The notes beneath the pieces are model-generated. The model did no database searches and was not told where the DNA came from. It was given only the letters and a program-made list of their open reading frames with translations. A stretch of DNA of 64,000 bases. It comes from the human T2T-CHM13v2.0 reference genome, Homo sapiens. A program made the translations under genes and the position numbers. Below, piece by piece: positions 24,842 through 38,560 of the stretch. The stretch is from assembly GCF_009914755.1 (NCBI RefSeq), contig NC_060938.1. The stretch is one strand, 5' to 3'. The first letter of the stretch is position 1. Each line of letters starts with the position of its first letter.

Positions 24842-26393
24842 CGAGCGGGCTTCAAAAAGATCATGGGAATGTGTATTATGAATGGATTTCAAAAATTTTT
24901 TTCATTCAAATAAACTCATGCTAACATCTTATAACACGTCTGAGCAGAATCTAGTTTGAAACACTCAGAAGGATAAGGCATCAGTTTGAAAAGAGCCCCT
25001 CTAAGTGTAATGTGAATTCTGCTAAATATTTTTATTTATTTATTTTTTAAGACAAGTTCTTGCTGTGTCATCCAGGCTGGAGTGCAATGGTGTGACTATG
25101 GCTCACTGCAGCCTCAAACTCCCAGGCTTAAGTAATCCTCCCACCTCAGTCTCCTGAGTAGCTGGGACTACAGATGCATGCTACCATGCCTGGCTATTTT
25201 TTTTATTTTTTGTAGAGAAGAGGTCTCACTATTTTGCCCAGGCTGATCTCAAACTCCTGAGCTCCAGTGACCCTCCTGCCTCGGCCTCCCAAAATGCTGG
25301 AATTACAGGCATGAGCTACCACAGCTGGCCAAATTCTGCTAAAATTGAAACAAGAATGAATGTCAAATTTATGGTCAAGCTTGGGTGGAAGAGTGGCAAA
25401 ATCACTGATGCTATATGAAAAGTTTATGCAGACAATGCCCTAAAGGAATCAGAAGTTTACAAATGAATGATTTGTTCTAAGATGTTCACAGCAGCATACC
25501 ATCCATATCAATTTTTGAGGAAAAAATTTATCTTTTTCATGTACAAATTGAGGAGGACCAATGATTAACAACATTAACAATAGCCAACACCATAGACATC
25601 TATACTGGTTCGGGTTACACAATTCTGCCAGAAAAATTAAAGTTGGGCAAACTTTCCACTCAATGGGTGCCAAAACTGTTGTGTCCAGATCAACTGCAGA
25701 CAAGAGCAGAGCTTTCAATTGACATTTTTAAAAAGTAGGGTTAAGATTCTGATGCCTTTCTTCAAAGAATTGTTATAGGAGTTGAAACATGGCTTTACCA
25801 GGATAATTCTGAAAACAAAGCACAATCAAAGCAATACCAAGAGGTGGAAGTGGTCCAATCAAAGCAAAAGCAGACGATCTATGAGGAAAGGTTATGGCAA
25901 CAGTTTTTTTTAGGATGCTCAAGGCATTTTGCTTGCTCACTTTCTGTAGGACCAGAGAATGATAACATCTGCTTATTATGAGGGTGTTTTGAGAAAGTTA
26001 GCCAAATCTTTAGCAGAAGAATGCCCAGAAAAACTTCACCAGAGACTCCTTCATTATGACAATACTCCTGTTCATTCTTCTCATCAAGCAAGGGCAATTT
26101 TGCAAGAGTTTTGATGGAAAAATCATTAGGCATTCACCTTGCCATCCTGATTTGGCTGCTTCTGACTTCTTTTTGTTTCCTAATCTTACAAAATCTGTGA
26201 AAAACTTCCATGTTAATAATGTAAAGAAGACCTCATTGGTTAAATTCCCAGTACCCTCAGTTCTTTAGAGATGGACTAAGTGGCTGGTATGATCATTTAT
26301 GAAAGTGTCTTGAACTTGATGGAGCCGATGTTAAGAAAGTTTATGTTTACATCTTTCAATTCAATTTTTCATGGAGTTTTTGAAGTTCCCTTG
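24842..26393 (+). mobile_element. HSMAR2 mariner transposon, near full length, defective transposase
   Basis: TIRs cgagcgggcttcaaaaagatcatgg / tcatggagtttttgaagttcccttg flanked by TA; transposase remnants W-V-P-K (~25663) and HSPCHPDLAASDFFLFPNL (YSPDLAP motif, ORF 26056..26268). Confidence 0.93.
25027..25330 (-). mobile_element. AluJ inserted in HSMAR2
   Basis: AluJ-type gctcactgcagcctcaaactcccaggct; TSD aattctgctaaa at 25015-25026 and 25332-25343. Confidence 0.95.
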
Positions 26394-28971
26394 TATTATC
26401 TGAAAGATTAAATAAATGAATATATTGCTGAACAGATAATGGGCACTTGATGATCGGTAACTAAAATGACAATCATATTGACCTATCCTGGTGCTTTAAA
26501 AAAACAACAACAATCGATTGAATTCCAAAAACACATCCACCATGGAACATGTTTTCTTCCCTACTCACAAAGAAAATGGTTAAAAAGTAGATCTTAGGTT
26601 TTTATTCTCTTCTGCCTGATTTACATTTTAGTGATTGCCGCATCACTGATTTTATACTAAATTTAGAGGTGTGACTAAATAATTCTGTTTTGCAGCATAA
26701 ATTAAAAAATAATATACTTAGAATTGTACTTCTCCTTATTTTTCTCTTACTTCTCCTTATCAACATAAAATACCATTTACTGAACACCTACGCACAGTGC
26801 ATGGCATACCATTCCTTGCTCTTTCTTAATTTTATTGGCTTTTTCTAAAATGTCTTCTATTAGAGAAAGGAAATAAAATCATTGAAATGTATGACATTTC
26901 TTTAAATAAATAGGGATTTATATAACTCTTGAAAAGAGATAATATAAATATGTATTTTAGTAACATTTTTTCACAAACATTGGTGACAGTAGTTTCCTAA
27001 AGAGTAACCATATATTCAAAATAATGAGCAAAACTGTTAGATGTTGGAAGAAAGAGGCAACTATTGTTTGTTTTCTAGTTTTTTTGGGTACTCATCAAAA
27101 TATGATTTTTTTCTCCTTAGTGTATCATCTTGCTTTTCTCCTAAAGGAGAATTTTACCAACTTCCTTAAGAAGTAAAAACAACAATATAAAAATATTATG
27201 GCGTGCCTCAAAGTTTGACTGTTTGAAGAGGTAACTAAAGTAGTTTCTGATAAAATAATGGGGGATCAGAAAATGGAGTTTCCTTCTTGTTTGATCAAAA
27301 GGATGTTTGGGAGATAATATTTAGCTGAAAATATGGAGAACACTAAATGGAAGTTTTATCCTTTAACACAAAATGTGGAAACAACCCATAACATATTGCT
27401 TAATTGTTCTGATTATGTACTCAAAACCAAAATTTCACTTAACCTGGCACTGGGTAATCTATGGTCATGTAAAACTTGCTCAAGTAGACTAACCATGGCA
27501 GACTTTCCATATGAGTTTCTTTGGCCTATATTCTCTAAAATCGTGCACCGAAAGGAGAATTGACTATGTCTGCAGGAGATTTTGGCTCTAAAATTGGCTG
27601 CCAGTATGTAACTGTGGGAAAATTACCTAGGAAGCAGATCCATTCTCCTGATGATCTGTTAACCAAATAACCAGTTCTGATAGTTTTTAACAACAATGTT
27701 AGTCAGCTTAACAGGAATATGAATTAAACTAAGTCTAATATTGTAACTGAGAAAAATGGTCAAGAATTTAAAAAATCATAAGAAGTTCAATTAAAAATGC
27801 TATTTTCCAGCCAACATTTTGACTTTTATACATGTTAGAATTGTTTCAGTTACTTCTTTTGGATGTGAATTTGGATGCTTTTGAATGTCATTTTATATTT
27901 TTTCAAATTTCAAGCACTTTTAATATTCTGCTGCCAATATCTCAAATGGCATATCAAGTTTCAGTTTGTATCTGTAACAATTTAAAATTTAAATTTAATT
28001 CAAAAGCATGTGAAATAATCACAATTTCAAATTAAATTAAATTTTAATTTTAAATTGAGCTTCTATTTTAAGTGGAATTAAATCTTTATTTTAATTTAAG
28101 TTCAATTTTTAGTTATTTTGATTAAGGAAAGATTGAATTACATTAACTGTTTAAATTAAATTAAGAATTTAAAATTAAATCTAAAAGCATCTTAAATAAA
28201 CATAAATTGGAGAAAAATCTCATCAGATGGGAAACACAGAAATTCTATTTGCCAATAAGAGACAATTGGGATAGTTATAAGTTAATTGACATACTGGACA
28301 TAAAAGGGTTAAAAATTTCAAAGTGTGTAAAGAAAGTGGAGCTGTTCAGAATATTTTATTATAGTAGATTACATGATTAGTACCTCTAATATTCCTTGAC
28401 TATAAATTAATAAATGCAAAGAATTTTAAAAAATGACTGAAAAATTCCTGAAACTGCTAAAATCTGACAAAACAGAAATAATGTTAAAATGGATCTAGAG
28501 ATCAACAGAAACTGAGAAATTCCCATTATAAATGTTGACATTTCTGTTTTGCTAGATCGTTTATCGTGAGACACCAAAATTCAACCTTCCTTTTAAGTTC
28601 TTAAAATATTCCTGTTTGATTTTTAGTTTTCTCATCACTTAAAGGTATAAAAAGCATTTTCATCAAACCAGGAAACTTAGTAAATAAAACAAATTAGATG
28701 TTTAGAAAGTTTGGTTTTGCGGAGTTAATTTTCAGGAAAACATGCTGCCGGTTGCTAACATCTCTAACCATTGGTTTTTGTATCTGTAAAATGAGAATGA
28801 TGATAACGTTGCCATCTTCCTTCATATCTGACATTGTGAAAATACTGTACCTAATTAATTATCTCATTTAATCCTGACCACCAGCCAGTGAGAAAGGTAT
28901 AAATGAGGAAATAGATACTCAGAAAAGTGATTTACGAAAAAAGAGACACAGGTAGCAAATGATGGAGCTGA

Positions 28972-29300
<329 letters not shown>

Positions 29301-30179
29301 TCTTGGTCAGTCCATGTTTTCTGTATTGAATTCCTAATGATACCAATAAGCTAACTTTTTTTAGTTGGATGTGTATATGCACATATATATATATCCATGT
29401 GCCTATATGTATATGTGCATGAATGTAAATGTACATATATATACACATATAAAACAGTACTATTAAATTTTCTGGTCATTTTTTTTCTCTTGAGACTAAA
29501 AATCTCAAATGTAAGCCCTCTCAAGAGGCTAATATGGCACATGAACACAGACATTTCCTCTGGTGTGTATGTGGACCATGTGAAGATGAGGGAGAGGGAA
29601 TGGTGGGATGGACGATAGAAGGAAATCATTAATTACAAGGGAAAATGAAACGCCTACCAGTGGACTACTACCCAAAAGCAGGTATGCCTTGAACAAAGTA
29701 AGATTGGCATGGATTATTCTGAAATCAAGAGAACTTCTGGGCCATTAGTCCTCATTGCTTCTCATTAGCTTCTGTGGAGTTACATAAACTAGATTTGTCA
29801 AAGATGTGTGATGAGCTAGGGCCACAGACATCTCTGTTCTCTCTGTTTGCGGGGAGTTTTCCTTTGCCATCTGCAGTTTACTGCTATGTATATGGTGAAC
29901 TTACCATGTTCTGAAAATTAACAGAGAATACCTGGCTATTTTTTTCTAGGCTGAAAATCTGATGTAAAATGTTAGCTTGCCCAGTGAAAAAACTCTTTCA
30001 TCCATCTATCCCTTAAAAATATAATGTATTAGTACTGTGTTTCAGATACTGATAGGCTTCAGGGCTACAAAGATGAAAATGATATAGTCTCTGCCTTTTG
30101 GGGTTAATAGTTAATAGGAAAATCAGACAAACAGAAAATTGTAGTATAATCTGATAAGTACAATGTAAAAGATACAAGG

Positions 30180-30420
30180 TAATAATAATATCTAACGTTT
30201 ATTGAGCGCTTACTTTGGGTTAGACTGTCCTAGCATTTTGCGGTACTAAGTGGTAGTTACTCTTATTATACTGAATTAAGATGAGAAAACCAAGACACAC
30301 AGATTTTAAATTACTTGTCAATACAGATAGCAAAGAGATGGACTTACATTTGAATTCAGATAATCTATTACCAAAATCAGGGTACAAGAGACACTTTGCA
30401 ATATTGCCTCTTGTATCGGA
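30180..30420 (-). mobile_element. MIR SINE
   Basis: aataataatatctaacgtttattgagcgcttac...agatgagaaaacc...tttgaattcaga. Confidence 0.6.
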
Positions 30421-30549
30421 GTATAAATAAAGGCCCTGATAGAAAGCACATTATCATTATGTTCAAGTTAAAATGAAGGTTGGAGATTTGAAATAAATTT
30501 CTGCCTTTGGGAAAAGAAATACAAAATTAAAGAAGCATGCCTCAATTCA

Positions 30550-30790
30550 GACAGTAATGTATAGTGCTTATGAGTCAGACTGGTCAACTGAATCTGGTTC
30601 AGCCACTTACTAGTAGCTGTGCGACCAAGAGAAGTTATTTAACCCCTCTAAGCCTTAGTTTGCTCATCTGTAAAATGAGACAATATATAGTATATAGTAT
30701 ATGGTTTGTGAGGATGATTATATGAGATCATATTTGCAAATACTTAGAAAGAGGATTGGAGATTAGAGGGAGTGACCAATAAATATTAAT
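30550..30790 (+). mobile_element. MIR SINE
   Basis: gagtcagactg...gccacttactag...aagttatttaacccctctaagccttagtttgctcatctgtaaaatgag. Confidence 0.75.
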
Positions 30791-31059
30791 TTTTACTAAA
30801 TGCAACCAATGAATTTACAAATTATTTCTTTATATCACAGAAACTAGTACCATATCCATTCTGCCTGATTTCTGAGGGCAAGTAAAGTATGTCAGTGGTG
30901 AAGTAACTTATAAGGTGGCTAGTGGAGCAAAATGTAAAAGAAAAATACTGCAACCTAAGAAGGAAAATGGTTCTAAGATAAATTCTAAGCTAAATATTAA
31001 TAAGCTAAACTTCACACTTAATGAAACTTTATACATTTGTATTGGCATACATTACTTAA

Positions 31060-31430
31060 AAGACAGGGGTTCAGCCAATTATTTCCAAAGTGGCAGAATA
31101 AGTTCAGAGAACCCCAAGAATGATAAACAAAAAAGATCTGAATCATACGTATCACAGTCAAACTGGTGAAGGCCAAAAACCAAAAGAGAAACTTGAAAGC
31201 AGCAAGAGAACAATGACTCAACATGTAGAAGTGAACAATAACATGAAAAATGCCTTATAGTTCATCAGAAACAACAGAGGCCAGAAGGCAATGGAATAAC
31301 ATATTCAAAGTGCTAAAAGAAAAAGACCTGTCAATCATGGTTTGTATAATTAACAAAACCATCCATCCAAAGTGAAGGCAAAATTAAGACATTCTTCCGT
31401 AAACAAAAACTGAGCCAGTTCCTTGCTAGG
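31060..31430 (+). mobile_element. L1M ORF1 fragment
   Basis: ttgaaagcagcaagaga...catcagaaacaacagaggccagaaggcaatggaataacatattcaaagtgctaaaagaaaa. Confidence 0.75.
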
Positions 31431-31905
31431 CACTTTACATATACCATCTGATTTAATCTTGACCACAAACTTGTAAATTTTCTTTTCTTATTTCTCTTTT
31501 ACAGTTGGGGGAACTGTGAAACCAAAGAGAAGTTGAGTAAATTGCTTGAGGCCATAGAGCTAGTGAATGGAATTTGAAGCCAGATCAGTCCACTGATTCT
31601 GCCTTCCCATGAAGTTTCATTGTGTTAGATTCTCTGCCTACAAACGACTTTTCTTTAAATGAGTCTACCTAATGCTGATAGATGGATCCTCCTAAATATT
31701 ACTTTTTGATGTTACTTTACTAAGAACCCTTGAATGGCTTTTTCTTATTTGTAGCGTGAAGGCCAAATTCTTCACTCTGATGGCTTTTAAATTTCAGCAC
31801 TAAAGTGTCATTTAAACATGATTTCTTAATATTTCTCAATATTTCTCAAGTTGACTGGGTTATCTCATATCTGCCAACCTGTTCTCCATCAGTTGAAATC
31901 CTCCC

Positions 31906-32314
31906 TGTCATGGGTTGTGACTGACTGGGGCTGGCATTGTGGGTGGCAAAAGAATTTACCAAGACAGTAGTGAGTTAAAGAAAGCAGGTTTATTAGAGAG
32001 AAAATATGTTGCAAGGAAGCAATGGGCAGCACAGCAGAGAAGGGGTTGTTTGAGAAGAGTCAAGGGCTTGAGGGAAGTTTTATAGGGTCACGCTCTAGGG
32101 GCTATATGTGGTTAGGGTCATGCTGCTTTGCTAAAAATACATTGGGGTGATTTTTAACTGGCAGGCCTTTCCACCCCAGGCATCCTGTGACAGGGTGTTT
32201 GTGCAAGGGTGTTTAGTCAGCCTTCTTGCGAGAACTGGTTTTCCTCTCCCCCTTTTCTTCTTTCTTCTATCTCGACAGCTAGTCTCCATCCTTGTTGCTT
32301 ATCAGGACTCCACA
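31906..32314 (-). mobile_element. ERV1-class solo LTR (subfamily uncertain)
   Basis: TG..CA bounded; aaagaatttaccaagacagtagt...ggtttattagagag (antisense polyA signal) and ttttataggg (antisense TATA); near-TSD ctccc/ctctc. Confidence 0.65.
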
Positions 32315-32466
32315 CTCTCCATTAAAAAAAAAGTATCTATTTTTTTGTGTGTGAGTTGGGGCTCATATCTTTTGATTCTTCTCTGATATTTCCACTCTTC
32401 CTTTTTACATATTGCCATTCACCTATTGGAGCCTGTATGCTGTCTTATATTGTGAGTTATTATAGC

Positions 32467-32475
32467 ATCTATCTA

Positions 32476-32506
<31 letters not shown>

Positions 32507-32570
32507 CTATCTATCTATGTCTATCTATCTATCTGTCTCTATCTATCTATCTATCTATCATCTATCTATG
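32467..32570. repeat. Compound (TCTA)n/(TCTG)n microsatellite
   Basis: Read directly. Confidence 0.95.
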
Positions 32571-32589
32571 TATTTTTCTCTCTATAGAG

Positions 32590-33314
32590 TGAGAAATAAA
32601 AATGAAATTCTGTTCTATCCAACCAATTGAACTGACCCCCTCTTGGCCAAGGGGACCCTAGGGAAACCTTGAAAACAGAGTTCCTAGCCGTAAAGTGATA
32701 AGAGGGCAGATTCACCTCATTATACACCCTTCTTTGCTAACTGCCATTAGACTTTTTTCCTTGAGGGTTAAACAGAAACCAGCTCTTTTGAAAGATTCAC
32801 TCTACTGCTGATTTCAACCAACCCCTGAGGCTGCTTCTCCCTTTTTGTGGTTTTAATACAATGGCTGAATGGCATTCCTTGCTGATAAGAGACCAGGGAC
32901 CATGGAGTGGTTCTGGCCAGTCTATAGAGGGTGTACAATGAGGATTTTTGTGTCCTCTGCTTTATCTTTTGACCTCAGAGGGCTGAAAACTCCATCCTCA
33001 GATCATGCTGATGCCATCACTTTTTGTACATGTGACCCATGAAGGGATGTAAATCTCAATTGCACATGTGCATCTTTCTCCATTCATAAATATTAATGAC
33101 TCCTTCTATAGCTTATTAAATGTGTATACTTGGCCACTCCACTCAGCATAAATTTCTGTTCCCTTTAAGTCTCCCTCAAAGTTCCTGTTTTTGGCTTGTG
33201 ACTGGATGCTACACTTTCTGGCCTGTCAGAATGGCCACCTGCAGGCTGCAACCATTTAAGAGAAATAAAGCTCTTCCTTCCAAATTTATGAACCTTATTA
33301 TTCTTCAGTTGATA
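32590..33314 (+). mobile_element. MER39-like ERV1 solo LTR
   Basis: tgagaaataaaaatgaaatt...gaccccctcttggccaaggggacc...gggttaaacagaaaccagc...gaaataaagctc...cttcagttgata. Confidence 0.75.
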
Positions 33315-34578
33315 ATAGATATAGACAATAGATATAGATACATATATACGTACACAAAAATGTGTGTGTGTGTATATATGAGTGTGTATATATATGAAGA
33401 AAAGTGGCATATTTAAATATTAAATAATAGGATAATGGGACATATATATATATATAGAGAGAGTTTGCTTCTAGTTCATTTATGCTCTCACGTATATTTA
33501 ACTGCATTACATGTATATGAAATGGCATAACTGGATTGGAAACAAGTCATGTTTTATTTTCCTTTACGTCTTCAGCAAGACTTAGCAGGGTACTTTCTAT
33601 ATTATAAGAGCCTATTAAATATTTATTGAATAATGCCTTATGGTTCCTAGTTAAAAAGTGAAATACTAAAATCAAATAGTAAGAAAAAATCACCATATCC
33701 TGGTATTTAAATTGGTCCCACTTGGTTGGAAAATCATGTCAGTCTGGAATCTTGTTAAAATGAAATCTGAGAGAAACAGAAACTTCCTCTCTTTTCTTAC
33801 TCCAGTCTCATGAGGCCAACACAGTACTTCAAAACCAAACACTTAGGAATTTCTTCTCAACCATCATTGCTGCAGCCCCAGGGAAAATCAAGACAGCTGT
33901 GAGTGGTCATGGAAGCTCACAGATCATAAATTTGGTAAGCTAAGATGGTAACCAACTGATGGGGCAGATATGTAAGGTTCCTTCAAATTTGGAGTATAAA
34001 ATATTGTGTAATGCTCATGCTTATCATGAAGAGTGAGCTGATCCAATTAAATGATCCAATGATAGACTCTATCTTAGACAAGTTGGAAGAGTACAGGACA
34101 GAGTAAGTTTACTATTCATGAAAAAGTAATTGATTTCATAGTGGAAGCCAAGGAATTAAAAAATTGCTGTTTGGGAGAGTTTTGTCTGTGGGTCTGCCTG
34201 CTTCTCAAAATGTGTTCTATCTTTAAAGACACAACTGGGTCATTTCTTAGTACAAATGTCTCTTTCTTTTTTTCTCTTTGATCCCTTTCTCACTTCTTTT
34301 TCTCTGAAAAAAAATTCAAATCATTTTGGGAATATTGTTTGTCTCAATATATACCAGTTTCATTTAATATGTTAAATATTAAACATGCCACTTTTATTTA
34401 TCTAAGTCATTCTTATAACTCTATATTCATTTAATTTACCAATAGTAAAACACAGTGAGTATTGGTAATAAATATTGGTCTTCTGCTCAGTCCCTGATTG
34501 GATTTCTTCTCAGGGAGAGAGAGGAGACTCGTTAGAAAGGGGAGGGTGAGATCAGGTGAAGAAATGGCAGGGAATGTA

Positions 34579-36144
34579 GGCTCTTTTTTGGTTCCAGATG
34601 AATTTTAGGATTGTCTTTTCTAGTTCTGTGAAGAATGATGGTGGTATTTTGATTGGAATTGCATTGAATTTATAGATTGCTTTTGGCAGTATGGTCATTT
34701 TTATACTATAAGTCCATAGTCACCACAACAGCGTGGTACTGCAATAAAAATAGGCACATAGACAAATGGAACAGAATAGAGAACCCAGAAATAAAGTAAA
34801 ATATTGACAGCCAACTGATCTTTGACAAAGCAAACGAAAACATAAAGTGGGGAAAGGACACCCTATTCAACAAATGGTGCTAGGATAATTGCCTAGCCAC
34901 ATGTAGAAGAATGACACTGGATCCTCATCTGTCACCTTATATGAAAATCACCTCAAGATGGATCAAGAACTTAAATCTAAGACCTGAAACCATAAACATT
35001 CTAGAAGATAACATTGGAAAAACCCTTCTAGACATTGTCTCAGGCAAAGACTTCATGACCAAGAACCCAAAAGCAAATGCAACAAAACAATGATAAATAG
35101 ATGGGACTTAATTAAACTAAAGTTTCCACACAGCAAAAGAAACAATCAGCAGAGTGAACAAACAACCCACAGAGTGGGAGAAAATCTTCACAGTCTGTAC
35201 ATCCGACAAAGGACTGATATCCAGAAGCTACAGGGAACTCAAATTATCAAGAAAAAACCAAACAAACCCATCAAAAAATGGGCTGAGGACATGAATTGAC
35301 AATTCTCAAAAGGAGATATACGAATGGCCAACAAACATGTAATAAAATGCTCAACATAACTAATGATCAGGGAAATGCAAATCAAAACTACAATGCAGTA
35401 CCACCTTACTCCTGCAAGAATGGCCATAATCAAAAAATTTAAAAAAAATAGATGTTGGTGGGGATGCAGTAAAAAGGGAACATTTTTACACTGCTGGTGG
35501 GAATGTTAACTAGTACAACCACAATGGAAAACCGTGTGGAGGTTCCTTAAAGAACTATAAGTAGAAATACCATTTGATCCAGCAGTCCCACTACTGGGTA
35601 TCCACCCAGAGGAAAAGAAGTCATTATACGAAAAAGATACTTGTACATGCATGTTTATAGCAGCACAATTTGCAATTGCAAAAATATGGAACCAGCCCAA
35701 ATGGCCATCAATCAATGAGTGGACAAAGAAATTGTGGTGTATATATATGTATGTATGTATGTACATATATATATATACACACACACGCCATGGAATACTA
35801 TTCAGCCATAAAAAGGAACAAAATAATGAAATTTACAGCAACCTGGATGGAACTGGATACTATTATTGTAAGTGAAGTAACTCAGGAATGGAAAACCAAA
35901 CATCATATGTTCTCACTCGTAAGTGGGAGCTAACCTATGAGAATGCAAAGGCGTAAGAATGATACAGTGGACTTTGGGGACTTGGGTGAAAGGGTGGGAG
36001 GGTATGAGGGATAAAAAACTACACTTTGGGTACAGTGTGTACTGCTTAGGTGATGGGTGCATCAAAATCTCAAAAATCACCACTAAAGAGCTTACTCATG
36101 TAACCAAACACCATTTGTTCCGCAAAAACCTATGGAAAAAAAAA
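34579..36144 (+). mobile_element. L1PB (L1PB1-like), 5'-truncated with 5' inversion
   Basis: 34579-34702 is antisense ORF2; 34703-36144 is sense ORF2 end plus L1PB 3'UTR (aaatcaccactaaagagcttactcatgtaacc) and A-tail; degenerate TSD aagaaatggcagggaatg / aagaaacagtagagaaag. Confidence 0.93.
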
Positions 36145-36779
36145 GAAACAGTAGAGAAAGTTTTTCTTGGGAAGTGTGGAGCCAGAGAATGGGTCCTCAT
36201 ATTTCCAAAGTTCTTTATTCCTACCCAGATAAGGAGGGGAAAAGGTGCAAAGATATGTCTATAATTGTATTTCCCATCCTGGAAATCTCAGGCAGCCAGA
36301 AGACCTGGAATCAATATTTAAGCCAGAGAAGATGACAATGAAGTGGGACCAAGTCACAGCCATGGGACTAGATGAATTTAGATTGCACACCCAACAGCCT
36401 TGAGCTAGCAAACTGCATAGCCTTTTCGTTAATCTTGCAATAATGCAATCAGGCATTTTATGGAAATCATAAAATGGAATCACATCCATCACTGGAAGAG
36501 TTTTACTATACTTACTAAACTCCTTCTATATTCCAGGCTCTTTACTACGTGCTACAAATGCCCATTGGTGTACAAGATAGACATAGGCCACTCCTACCAT
36601 GCTTGAAGTTTAGTGGAAAAAGGAAGTGCTACTCTCCTCTTGAATTTTTTTCTGTATATCTCAAATTAAGGAGAACAAACATGTCTACTTATAATCAAAG
36701 TTTATACTATTGTCTGCATTACTGTAATCACATAGGCGTAAAAGCTTAATATTTTGTTGGGGTAATCTAACAGTAACAA

Positions 36780-37095
36780 CTACAACAAAATGCATGTAGA
36801 ACTTTGGGATTTACAAGGTACTTTCACTTGTACTACCTCTTTTAACCTCACTGAGTTTCTTCTCTCACATTTGGAAGATAAGGAATAGCAATGTCTTTCT
36901 TGTACTGATGACATAGCTAGACAGCCAGGCAAAGGTTGTGCCTTCAATTGTGAGGATATGCATTTTATAGATGCTGAACCTGAGCCTCAGAGAAGAAACG
37001 TGAATTGTTTGTAGTGGAATATAAAGCTGAAAGAAAAACTGGGACTTAAAGTATAGTCTTTGGACTCTGAAGTCTATGATTTTTTCATTATATGT
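36780..37095 (-). mobile_element. MIR SINE
   Basis: cattttatagatgctgaacctgagcctcagaga...tctttggactctgaagtc. Confidence 0.55.
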
Positions 37096-38294
37096 CAGCT
37101 GTTGCTCAACTGACCCATCAATCAAATGGGAGCCAGGAGTATCCCCTCAGAATTTCTCCAGACTTAATGTTCCAGGAAAGCTGATCACACTTTACTCCTT
37201 TTGGCAGCCCATATAATAATAGTGCAACCAAACAGGAAAAGAATAAAGAGGAGAGACAGAGAACATTAAGGTAGTAATAAAATTCATCCACAAGCTGACC
37301 ACCCAGAAATAATCAATTTTGTGCATATCCTTTTTGTCATTATTTTAGAATCCATTATATTTCCTGGATGATATTATTTCCTTAAGTTCTAATCATGGGG
37401 AACTATTTTTGTCTTTGTTCCATAGAACATTAGAACAGAAAGTGACCTCTGAGACTATTTAGTCAAACTTCCTTAATATTCAGATGAGGAAGTCACAACT
37501 AGAAAAATGTATCTATAGACCAAAGCAAAGTCCTAAGAAGAAAAACAATTAGGAATTTAATGAATTATTTTCTGTAAGTAATTGCTTACAAAATGAATGC
37601 TCTATGGCTTGACCATAAGATAATAACTAAGATTTTGCCTGAATGTAAATTTAGATGAGATTTTGATGTGTTACATCATTGTTTTGGGCCCAAAAGAGAT
37701 TTTTCAGGGCTTAATATATGGTAGGCTTACAGCTGCATGAATGAATGAATAAAGCACATATGATTTACCTGTATACTTTGAAAATAATAAATACAGTTTA
37801 CTAATCTAAGACCATTATGTTCATATTCAGTCATATTAGCATCGTCATCATCAAGGAAACTTTATTGAATGCATCCCATGTGTGATTGTTATAGGAATGG
37901 AAAAGAGAGGATGTGGTGTTGAAATATTGGGCAGTTGAAGTTAGAAAAGATTTGTGTAATGACTGTGGTTTGAGTACTTGTGTGTATGTGTGTGTGTGTG
38001 GTTTATTGAGTAAGAAGATGGGGGTGGGACTAATTCAGGGGAAGAAAGAGTTTAAAATATTACCATTTGTGGACATGATGGTGACATAAACTGATAAAGA
38101 AAATAGAAGTATAATGATTAATATTATGCAGTTCTGTTCCTGTTGTTTGTTGATAACAATTTGTCCACATGTAGGAGTCCATTTACAGGTGACGGTGAGA
38201 TAGTAAAAAAATGTTAATTATTTTACTATGTAACAGCTCACGTACTGGACTGATCACCATTACTTGAATACCATGTACATAGAATCCTAGTATA

Positions 38295-38560
38295 ATAATT
38301 GCAATCACTTACTGAAAACTCATTATCTTCTGTCCTTGATTAGAAGCACTTTGCATATATTAAATTATTTAATGCTCACCACAGCCCTATGTATTGAGTG
38401 CTTTGATTATCAACTCCATTTCACAGATGAGAAAAATGGAGCACAGAGAGATTAAAGAAATTTCTGAAGGTCCTTGTGTATTATGTGAAGGATACAGCTT
38501 TTGAACTTAGGCAGCCTGATTCCAGAATCTGTGCTCTTTAACACATTGTTGTACTACCTA
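38295..38560 (-). mobile_element. MIR SINE
   Basis: tttaatgctcaccacagccctatg...ccatttcacagatgagaaaaatggagcacagagagattaa...tgattccagaatctgtgctcttaac. Confidence 0.75.

Noticed and set aside
25330-26300. Domesticated (SETMAR-like) transposase
   Set aside because: HSMAR2 ORF has a lost ATG, an Alu insertion, deletions and multiple stops
34911-35933. L1 ORF2-like peptides
   Set aside because: Fragments of a truncated, stop-ridden L1PB; not a functional CDS
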